The position numbers and the translations under genes are program-made. Shown in pieces: positions 1 through 10,000 of a DNA stretch of 59,564 bases; positions within the stretch are counted from its first letter, which is position 1, and every line of letters starts with the position of its first letter. This stretch comes from a virus (Duplodnaviria > Caudoviricetes), in IMG/VR virus record IMGVR_UViG_3300032313_000319, positions 1-59,564 of that record; one strand, 5' to 3'. The notes beneath the pieces were generated by a model. That model searched no databases, was not told the DNA's origin, and saw only the letters and a list, made by a program, of their open reading frames with translations.

Positions 1-3000
1 AACTGCTAGATCATATACCGTTGGATTTTGCTCATTAGCCATGCGATACTGACCAGTAAACTTGCCATCGTCTACAAGAATTTGTGCTAGTCCACCCCAC
101 AACTTAATTGGAACAGCCTTTGTCTCAGTAAGATTAGTAGACTTTCCAACCTTATAAAAAAGAATATTGTGAATGGCATCAGCGTTATCGTATGCATCAA
201 TATTATTTTCAGTTAGAGCTGCGATCTCAAAATAATATCCATTATTAGTTTCAGGATTAATAAGAACTGCAAGTCCGCCAGAAGCTCCATTAATGGTTAC
301 TGGCTGGACTGGACTATTTGGATTTCCAACATAATACTGAGATGCACCAGTTGGTGTCTGTCCGCTATTTTCATTATTCTCAATTTTGCCAATAATCCTT
401 GCCCTAGTTCCAAAATGCTTATACCTATTGTCTAATGGCTTATAGATATAAGACACAAAGTCGATTGGTGTTTGTGTGGTTGTAAAGGATGGCCCAGTAA
501 ATACAAGGGCAGATGATTGAATAGTTCCAGGAGCAATTCTATTCTGAGTCACATTTTCTGATGATGGCGAATATGTTAAGAAATTCTTGATTACCCCAAC
601 TCTGGTAGAGTTTGTAGCGACAGAATTGCTTTGTCCAGCTGCCCCAACTTGAATAGTCGTATCATCTGCAGCACCAAATAGCTGTGAAGATTTCATCGAA
701 CATCCACGAACAGATGAGTTTGATGTCCAATATGACGAAAGCCCAGACTGGTGATACACCATTGGAGTTCCAAACTGTCCACGACCGTGCTTAGCTACAG
801 GACCATCTGCCAATCTTTCTACGCCATTTATGGTTATGTAATTTGGCTCAGAATAAATTCTTACACGACCTGTAGGATACATCTTTCCATTAAAAGGAAG
901 TTTTGCAAAGTACTTCTGATAATCTCTAACACTGGTAATCCATACTCTACCAATTGCAGAACCGCTTACAGAAGATGCGGTGACTTGTCCATTATCAGTT
1001 CTTTGGAATATATTACGATCTACTCCTGGAATCTCATATTCTACTGCATCAAACTTAATAATTTCTCCATTGGCATAAAAGTATCCATTATATCTCGTAA
1101 TCCAATAAACACTTTCTCCAAAATTCATAACATTGTTTTGAACAATTCCATTTTTCACAAATGGTGCAATCGCTGGGAGGTCAGACTCTAGAGGAATGGC
1201 TCCTAAAACAAAGCTAGATTGATTACCAACAACATCATTTATAGACTTAGTGTTTTCAGTTCCAGCAACTTCCCAAAGCAGTGCTGGCTTGTATACCCAA
1301 GTCTTATCCTTATCGATCATAGAGGCTTGTCGAAGTGATCCATAGGATCTTTGAATATACCTAGTGGTATAGGAAACTTTGCCATCATTGAACACCTGGT
1401 CTTGCTGAGAGCTTACCTCAATAACGTTTGCTAACTTTGGCTTTGTGGTCTTATTATTAATCATGCCATCACGCTCAAAGTCATTAGACCCATACAAGAC
1501 AATGTCTGTTGGTCTTTCTTCAGTTTCTTGTGGAAGCATATATTCTTTACTCATTAGTACAAGATTGTTGTACTCATCAAAGAACATTGCAGTCTGGGTT
1601 GATACAGCAATATCATTAAGTATTTCTGCAATAGTTTTATCTGGAGACACAAAAAAGTATGGGATGATTGATTCTGATTCAGCTGATAGTCTCTTAAATA
1701 CATAGTTTGAAAATCCAATAGAGTCTAAGAGAAGAGACACGGCATAGCTAACTGATGCATTTTGAATTAAAATTTGTGGTGCAGACTTAGACTCAAAGTA
1801 AAAGAATAAGTCTCTAAGCGTAAGCTGTACTGATCTATCATTACTGCTCAGCTCAGGAATACCTTCGGAATACATTGTCTTAATTGGCACATAGTAGTCA
1901 TGCCCATCTACGTCTACGATAACCTCATAAAACTTAAACTGAATATTCTTAGATAAGTATTTAGAAACTATACTTGTTGAGTTTAGGGAACTAAAGGCTA
2001 GGTCATAGTCAAAAAGTGTTAGCGTTCCAACTCCAGCTAGCAACTGCCCTACTGGCATACCACTATTGCCTACGTCAGATGCTGCCTTAGTAAGGCTAAA
2101 AGATTCAGTCTTTTCAGAAAGATTAACTGCTAGCCTTGGAGATAGCTCTATTAAATCAAAAATCGAATCAACCCTGTTCATTGTGTCTACCACAATCCTT
2201 AGACCAGAAATCTCATCAAACTCTCTGTACTTGGTTATTCCAGATGATGGATCTATGTAGGTTTCTGGTGCAGTTAAATCATTAACAAAATTGGTAAGCC
2301 TATCTACAGAAGACTCCTCAAGATACCACCCATATTGTGGAACAAATGTTTCATAGCTTCCTGTAGAGCTTATCCAAATGTGGAAAGTTCCTACATCTGA
2401 TTCATTATCCCTAACAAGGTATGCATAGCCATTAATAGATTCTTCTGGAAGAAAGCTTTCAGTAAAATATTCTTCTGCTTTTATAAAAATCTCACGGTAC
2501 TTTTCTGGAACTATTAGTCCATAAGAAAGTTCAACATATCCGTCTGAGCCAACAATTGGAGACCCATCTTGTCTAGATGATCCTGAGTTAAACGAAACAG
2601 CATCAACCCAACTATTATTTTTTAGTGTTTGAACCTTCCATCTGACTGGAGTTGTTTTATTAGAGTTTCCAAAGAAAGGGTCCTGGAACGATCCAGCCGT
2701 TGTGCTAAATGGTCCAAGGTTAACCTCTCCAACATTTGTTTGCATCTTTACAACAATACGATTGGAAGGAATTATGTCTTTGTAAACTACAAAAGGAGAA
2801 GCATCATCTATAAAGTATTGTCCATTGACTAGCTTGTTTGCTATACCACGCTCAGTTGTAGTATCTGGCTTTCCGTCATTATTAGTATCGATAGGCTCAG
2901 TTCTGTATGAAGACCAATACTTAAAAGCATCATCCTTATGTGCCATATAGTAACGTGGTCTACGAATCATGTTTATGTTTGTAAAGTGACTGTATGCCCC

Positions 3001-3378
3001 AGGAAAATAGCGTAGCTTGTTTATTCCAGAGCGTGGTCTAAACTTACCAAAACAATCTTCAAGAGAGTAAAGCATCTTCTCTTTTTGTTTTTTGCTTGTG
3101 AATGCTAGTGGGGTTTCATCATCATCTTCTAGCCCACCATCAATGACTACGTCTGCATCTGTAGCATTCGTGTAAAAGTTTCCAGAATCGTTTGGATCAA
3201 ATGAGCCAATTGGCAATCCATACTTTGCTGATGGACCCTCAGTTGGCCTATATCTATAGTTTCCAATTAAAGAAATATTTTCTGCAATATTCATATTCCA
3301 CTCAGCGATTACTGCGGACTGAGTTCTAATAGTTGAAGAAGTCTCTAGGTGATTTTTTAAATCATTATCTTGAAACAT
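1..3378 (-). CDS. Large virion/tail protein (>1126 aa, runs off window start; missing from ORF track)
   Basis: ATG at 3378-3376 directly after the upstream stop (MFQDNDLKNHLETSSTIRTQ...). The same frame is open at the window edge (...QILVDDGKFTGQYRMANEQNPTVYDLAV). Located downstream of the tape measure. Interior not checked codon by codon. Confidence 0.8.
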   Translation of the reverse strand, partial: MFQDNDLKNHLETSSTIRTQSAVIAEWNMNIAENISLIGNYRYRPTEGPSAKYGLPIGSFDPNDSGNFYTNATDADVVIDGGLEDDDETPLAFTSKKQKEKMLYSLEDCFGKFRPRSGINKLRYFPGAYSHFTNINMIRRPRYYMAHKDDAFKYWSSYRTEPIDTNNDGKPDTTTERGIANKLVNGQYFIDDASPFVVYKDIIPSNRIVVKMQTNVGEVNLGPFSTTAGSFQDPFFGNSNKTTPVRWKVQTLKNNSWVDAVSFNSGSSRQDGSPIVGSDGYVELSYGLIVPEKYREIFIKAEEYFTESFLPEESINGYAYLVRDNESDVGTFHIWISSTGSYETFVPQYGWYLEESSVDRLTNFVNDLTAPETYIDPSSGITKYREFDEISGLRIVVDTMNRVDSIFDLIELSPRLAVNLSEKTESFSLTKAASDVGNSGMPVGQLLAGVGTLTLFDYDLAFSSLNSTSIVSKYLSKNIQFKFYEVIVDVDGHDYYVPIKTMYSEGIPELSSNDRSVQLTLRDLFFYFESKSAPQILIQNASVSYAVSLLLDSIGFSNYVFKRLSAESESIIPYFFVSPDKTIAEILNDIAVSTQTAMFFDEYNNLVLMSKEYMLPQETEERPTDIVLYGSNDFERDGMINNKTTKPKLANVIEVSSQQDQVFNDGKVSYTTRYIQRSYGSLRQASMIDKDKTWVYKPALLWEVAGTENTKSINDVVGNQSSFVLGAIPLESDLPAIAPFVKNGIVQNNVMNFGESVYWITRYNGYFYANGEIIKFDAVEYEIPGVDRNIFQRTDNGQVTASSVSGSAIGRVWITSVRDYQKYFAKLPFNGKMYPTGRVRIYSEPNYITINGVERLADGPVAKHGRGQFGTPMVYHQSGLSSYWTSNSSVRGCSMKSSQLFGAADDTTIQVGAAGQSNSVATNSTRVGVIKNFLTYSPSSENVTQNRIAPGTIQSSALVFTGPSFTTTQTPIDFVSYIYKPLDNRYKHFGTRARIIGKIENNENSGQTPTGASQYYVGNPNSPVQPVTINGASGGLAVLINPETNNGYYFEIAALTENNIDAYDNADAIHNILFYKVGKSTNLTETKAVPIKLWGGLAQILVDDGKFTGQYRMANEQNPTVYDLAV

Positions 3379-4020
3379 TTACACCTCTTCCAGCGTTAAA
3401 GAGATATTCCAGAAGTCATAATTGCTTCCTCCACGCTTGACTACAGAATATGAAAAGTCAGCAATATACATCTCGATAAGCTGGTTGTATTGTCCCAATT
3501 GGCTATAGGCACTATCATTGTCACCAAATACTGAACGCTTATCATAAGCAAGGTAAACCCAGAAAGGTCCTTTGTGATTTTCGTACCAGTCTAGAACGTC
3601 AACTCCTCCAGCACCACCATCTGTGGTATATTCAAGACCTCGATTATTGTAGTATTCAGACTTTCCCGTCTCTTGATTAAAGTCTGGTCTTAGATAGTAT
3701 GATCTAGACGGAAGCATGTCCCACGATGTTGAAATGGTTAGCTTATCTGCAATGTGGTAAGAACGCATCCTACCATTTACCATACGCTTTCTATTTTCAA
3801 TTCTTGTTGGCTTAAAATCTATAGCTCCACGATTATCGTCAGAAAGAATTAGGAATTGATCAAACAGTGCCTCGTTGGTTTCAGATCCTGGGTCTGATCC
3901 AACCTCAAACCCATTCGGAACGTACAAGCCATCAACCAGGGTACCAGAATTATCTGACCACATCATTGCCTGTGGACGCTGATACTTCTTGCGACCAACC
4001 ATGTATGATTCACTAGCCAT
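3379..4020 (-). CDS. Putative distal tail/baseplate protein
   Basis: 213 aa, coupled to the tape-measure stop; positional inference. Confidence 0.6.
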   Translation of the reverse strand: MASESYMVGRKKYQRPQAMMWSDNSGTLVDGLYVPNGFEVGSDPGSETNEALFDQFLILSDDNRGAIDFKPTRIENRKRMVNGRMRSYHIADKLTISTSWDMLPSRSYYLRPDFNQETGKSEYYNNRGLEYTTDGGAGGVDVLDWYENHKGPFWVYLAYDKRSVFGDNDSAYSQLGQYNQLIEMYIADFSYSVVKRGGSNYDFWNISLTLEEV

Positions 4021-7000
4021 TAGAATCTATTCCCCTTGATACGCTGAGAGTCAATCTGCTTAATCTTTCCAATCACGGAAGATGCAATCTGATCTGCATT
4101 AGCATTACTCTGTACATTAATATTTACTTCATAATTATACACTGAATCGCTACTGTATGTGCCAGAATTTATTGCCTTCAGTCTGTCAACTCCAAAGTTG
4201 TTTACAGCATTCCTACGAACAACAAATTCTCCTGGGGTAAGCATTGAAGGAACTACATCAGTTCCCAAGGAGCTGAATAGCCCTCCATTAGCCATATACT
4301 TAACCATTCCACCACGTGCAAGCTTAATTCCCTTAGCCTGAAGTGTTGATGCAGCTGTATTTCTTGTGAGTGAGGCTGGAACGCTATTGTTTGGAGACCT
4401 TGTTCCCAAACCAAGAGCAGAAGCAACTGTTGGAGTTGAGATAGCCTTTTGCAACAGGTTTGCAAACTTATTAACTTCGCCTGCGGATGAAGATGTGTTA
4501 TTTGCAAGCGAACCAGCCTTAGCAAGATTATCGGACGTTACCTTAGATGCTGCCAACAGGTTGTTAAACCTATTTGCCTCTCCAGCTGAAGACGAAGTCT
4601 GAACGATTAAAGACCCTGCCTTTTCTAGAGTAGCCTTAGTCTTTAGGGTGCTATCAATAATTGCAGAGTCCTGTTTCTTAATAAATCCAGAAATGCTCAT
4701 TCCAGAAGCCTTTAGGGCAGCTGCTGACTTTTGTGCATCTGTTACAGCTTCTTCATCACCATTGCCACCAGCACCATTACCACCATTTCCACCAGATGTA
4801 GTGGAGGTTGTGGTAGTTGTAGTAGTTGTAGCAGCTCCTCCAGTACCAAGCTCCTCGTCAACAGTTCTCTTCAGGATTGTTAGAATTGCTGTTTTGTCTT
4901 CAATGTTATTCCAGTCATCAAGGAGGTCAGCAATAAGGCCTGCCTGGTATTCCATTGCTGTCATCTCTTCTGGAGTTAACCTTAGCTTTGCCTCATTTAC
5001 TTTGGCTGCAAGAACATCCCATCTCAAAATTTGAGCATTGATGGACTCTAGTCTGACTGCCTTATCGTATTCGGCCTCTCTGATTGATTCACGAGCTACT
5101 TCAAGTCTTTCTTCTTCAATTACAAAGATATCTTTCTTTAGCTTTTTAACTTCGTCTTCAATTTGCTTTCTAGATCTGCCATCTTTAGATCTCAAGTTAG
5201 CTAGCTGCTGCTCCTTTGATAGCTCAAGAAGGTCTCCCTGCTTTGCAATAGAGTCTTGTGCAGACTGAGCTCGCATATCTTGAGCTGCTTTTGCAGCTGC
5301 AGCAATGTCACCTTGAGAAAGTGCATCTGCTAGAGTTAGCTGGTTTTTCTGCTGTCTTGCAATAACATCATTAGCCTTAGCTACATCATCAAGAGCCTTC
5401 TTACGCTTGTCATACTCTTCGTTTATGACACCCTCTTGCTCTTCAATACCAGTTAGCTGTGCTTCAAGATCATCTATCTTATACTGAATTCCTGCTATTT
5501 CATTTTCTGCATCACGAATGACTGCATTTTCATCAGCTGTTTGTACCTGGAAGTCTACTTCAATAACCTGCTTCTGAGCTTCTAGATAACCTACAACCTT
5601 GTCATAACGCTTCTGGAACTCTTCAGCAGCACCCTCCTTTGTAGCAAATGCGATATCTATGTCGATTTTTGCCATTTGCTTAAGTTGAGAAAGTCTGTTC
5701 AAAACTTCCTTTGCATTGATGCTACCATCCTTTAGGTCATCAGCAAGAGTATTAGTAAACTCTTGATCGGAAAGAACTTCATCAATTTGTTCTGCTGTGT
5801 ACCCCAAAGTAGTTAATGCATTTGCTACTGTAGCTTGTGCACGTTTTTCTGCAATCTCAACCTTACCGCCACGAAGTAGGTCTTGCAGCTCCTTCTTGGA
5901 AAGAAGTCTCTGAGTTTCCTTAATTCTATTAATTAGGTCAGCCCACTGCTTTGTTCCAACCTTGGTGGTAGCCAAAGCTGCTGCTAGGATTGGATCTTCT
6001 GCAGCCTTCATGGCATCAGCAGTATCAAAACCTGCCTTACGCAATTTATTAAATGCAGCATTAGATTCTAGAATTTCTTTTCTTTGCTCTTGTAGCGACT
6101 CTATTGCTTGCTGTAGAGGACTCTTGTCTCCACCACCACCTGGACCAGTTGGGGTAGTCTTTTCTAGTTTTAGAACCTGGTCAATTAGGTTCTTCATGTT
6201 GTTCCACTCAGTAGCAGCTACTCCAGCACCAGTTGCTGCCTTGATACCTGCAGCCAATCCAGCATCTCCTGCTAGGTCAAATGCCTGTGCTGCAGTGTAT
6301 CCTTGCTGAATTAGATAGTCGTAAGCGTACTGCTGGTTCTCTAGCTGAACAACCCTATCTGCAAGAGCAACATTAGCGGAAGCGATTTGCTCATTAATTA
6401 GAGCTTCTTCTTCTATCTTCTTATTAACCTTTTCTTGAGCAATAGCTTGCTCTTCAACTTGCTTCTTAAGCTTTGTACGAGTTCTAAGGGCAAGTTGAGC
6501 AGCCTTTGCACTCTTGTCTGCATTCTTAAGTGCATTCTTATCTGTTTCTGGAATCTGTATGCCAGCAGCATCTGCTTGCAACAGTAGCAGTTGATCGCCA
6601 ACCGCAGGAATCTCCTTCATGAGATCCTCTACTCCAAGCTTTTTATACAGGTCTGGCAAAACCAAGTCTAGCTGAGTCTCGTCTAGCCCCTTTAGGGTTC
6701 CTATAACTCCTTCAAGACCAACACCAAAATCTTTTGCAGTTATTAGATTATTTGCAAGACCGTCCTTCAGTGCCTGCAATGATGATGCAGCTGTTCCAGC
6801 AAAAGTAGAAGCAGCTGCCTTAGCATCGTCAGACAAAGAGTCTACTGTTTTAACTACTGACCTTACACCCAAAACCTCTTTTTGCTCATAGCCACCCTTT
6901 TTAAATCCAGCTTCAAATGAGTCTTGGAACAACTTTGAGGAATCCTGTGCTGCCTTTACAATTTGATCCTTGCCGACCTTGGTAAAATCAATGTTTGCAA

Positions 7001-10000
7001 AGTCAAACGATAGACCTGTCTGTCCTGCTTCTTGTGCAATAGCCCTTACGTATGCATCCACCTGGTCTTGAGCTGCTCCTGCTGCAAATAGCTGGTTTGA
7101 AACGGCAGCTAGGGCTGCCTCAGCTTGACCCTTAGTAGCATTCTTAATTGCATTAATTTGATCTGCAAAACCTGTCTTAAATTCTTCGCTAGAACGAAGC
7201 TCATTAATCTTCGATGCCTCATCTGCACCACGAGCTGCAGCGGTTCCCTGCTCAATATTTTGACCAAAAGCAGTTGTCTTAGGGGTAAAGCCCAGAAGCT
7301 CTCCAGCCTTCTTCATCTTTTCTGCGGTCATGAACGCAGTATCGCCTAGACCACTAATCTTCTTCTTCTGATCTTCTTGTGCCTTTATAATAAGTCCAAC
7401 TACTCCTGCGAGTATTGTGAAGCCTGTAATAATTATTCCAATTGGACCAAGGAATCTAAGAACCATCTTACCCAGGTTAAGTAGTCCACCAGAAAACGCT
7501 GCACTGTTTACCATTGCTGCTTTGGTTTGAACATTTTGAATTGCTAGACCTGAAATCAAAGCCCTTCTCTGAATAAGCTCAAGCATCTTGGACTGAGTAA
7601 GTAGTTGTGTTATTTGCATTAAACCAAACAGCAGTCCAGAGAACTCAAATATTTTTTGAGAGATCTGACCAATAGATCCTCCAGCCATAACCCCAACACC
7701 AGCTAGAGATGTTAGTGCAAAAGTTCCCTGCATAATGGTGCTGTTTAGCTTGTCTAGCCTAGACTGCGAAGACTTTATAGAAGTAGTCTGCTCTTCAGTA
7801 GCTAGGGTAGCCTGTGCTGTAGCCTGAGCTCTTTCTCTTTCCTCTTTTCCAAAATCTGTTCCAGGAGCTGATGCTCTACGAGAACCTCGCCTGGTTTGTG
7901 TTTGCGATGCAGTGTCTGCCTGATAGGCAGCAATAGCTCCAGGGTCTGTTGTTACTCTTCTTCTTCCAACCTTGACTGCACCGCTGGCATTTCTGGTTCC
8001 TGCTGCAGTAGCTTCAGCAAGATCTTCTCCAGCTCTCATGGCATCGTCAGAGCCTTCACGAACACCAGCAGCTACACTTTGAGAAATGGCTTCGTACTCT
8101 GCAGATGGGGAGTTAATCCCCAGACCATCCGACATTCCCATAAATAATATTTGTGCTAGCTCTGTTGCAAATTGATTTGCTCGCTCGTTAGCTTTAACCA
8201 GAATTGCTGCAAAATCCTTATTTTTTCTAAGATCTCTATATGGAACACCTTCTGCACCAGTCATCATGCTGACGGATTGTGGAGTAAATGAGGTTGCCCC
8301 TGGGGCAGCACTTCCAGTAGCTTGAATTGCAAGTCCTCCAGGCAATGTTGGTCTGCGATCTTTAGCATCTGCCACTGTTCTATATTGCGACTTTGCTTTT
8401 TCAAGTGCCGTCTTCGTAGCACCCTCAAACAGTTCGCCTATTGCACCCTCTACAATCTGATATAACGCTGGGTCTCCCACAGCCTCTTCTCCAGCTTTTC
8501 TATATCCCTCAATTATTAGCTGAATAAACTTTTGAGCTTCTGGATCATTTGGATCCACTCCGTAGTTTTGACTCAGGGCAGCGAGGAACTCATCTCCTCC
8601 AGTAGACTCTAGGTAGTCTGCTGCTTCATTGCCAGTCATCTTTCCAGTATTCAGTGCTCTAGGTGCAAGAGCAACTAGCTGACTAAAGGCTTTTATTGGT
8701 CCAGTGGCCTCTTTCAACATCTTAGCAACTATACTGGTGCCAAAGCCTAGTCGGGCCATCTCTTCACCTAGGTAATGGGCCTGCTCCACTGTCAAATCTA
8801 TTGTTGGGCCTAGGTGTGTGAGGTTTACACCAGTAAGTGCGGATGCATCTCCACTTACAGAATCTGGGCCACGGAATGCAACTGTAGTTCTAGCAATTCC
8901 AACTATTCTTTCAAACTGTGGTACCATTTCAGCAAGTTGTCTTTGCAGACCAGTAGCGGTAAGCCTCTTTCCAGACTCAGCAATACTTTCCATTGCATCG
9001 GCTGCTAGCCCTAGGATTCCTGGGATTGCCTTGTCGAGCTGTACATATGGTGCCAGTGCAGCATCTCTAGACATTGGAGCCCTAGGAACGTTTGACTTTG
9101 CAAATCCAGGAATATCTCCATAAATCATTTGCTGAATTATTCCAGAATACTTTTTTGCCTTGTCTGCTGGAATCACTGCCTCTCCAGGACTTAGCATAGC
9201 TGGCATAACATCTCCAGCACCCTTTGGTCCTGGAACACTCACGACCCCCTCAGCATATCCTGGAATTGCTGCTCCAGTCTGCTTTGGCTTAGATGGCTTA
9301 ACTGCAGAGTGAACAGCATGGAACCTAGACCAGTCAACAGACAGACCTTGACGCAATCTGCCGATCATGTCTTGGTAAGCCTTGGCTTCTTGTGGATTAG
9401 ATAGCTTAAATCCTGCAACAGTTTGCTCTAGCAAAGGAAGAACTCTCTGAATTTCTCCAATCATTCTCTGGTGATACTGCTGAGGAGTTAGGTTTTGCAT
9501 TAGTGCAAGTGTAGACTCAGCAAATGCCCTCTTTGCCCCACCCTTGATACCAAGGAGGTTGATCATTGCCTGGTCTTCCATAGATGGAAGGCTTTCTGCA
9601 TAGTCTCTTAGACCAGATGCCCTAGAGAATACACCTGCAGGTCCTACGTCTGCTACGGTGTCACCAAATACATTGGAAGCTGACAAATCTTTATCAACAC
9701 GAAGTAGTGATGCAACCAGCTGCTTGAAGTACTGGTCTTCATTAAACATAGCCATTGGGTCATTATTAATAAAGCTTGCATCAAGTGCTGACTCTAGTGC
9801 TAGGAATCTACGTTGCCTTGTTGGATCTTGTGGGTCACGAATAACAACTATTCTCTGCTCTGGTGCCTTTAGACCATGAGCCTTGCGAGCAATTTCTGTT
9901 GCTCTCATTTCTGCAACAGCAGCCTTCTCATCCATTACTGGCTTTACAAAAACCTTTTGTCCATCTGGTCCCATGTAAACTCCACCAAGACCAAAGATTG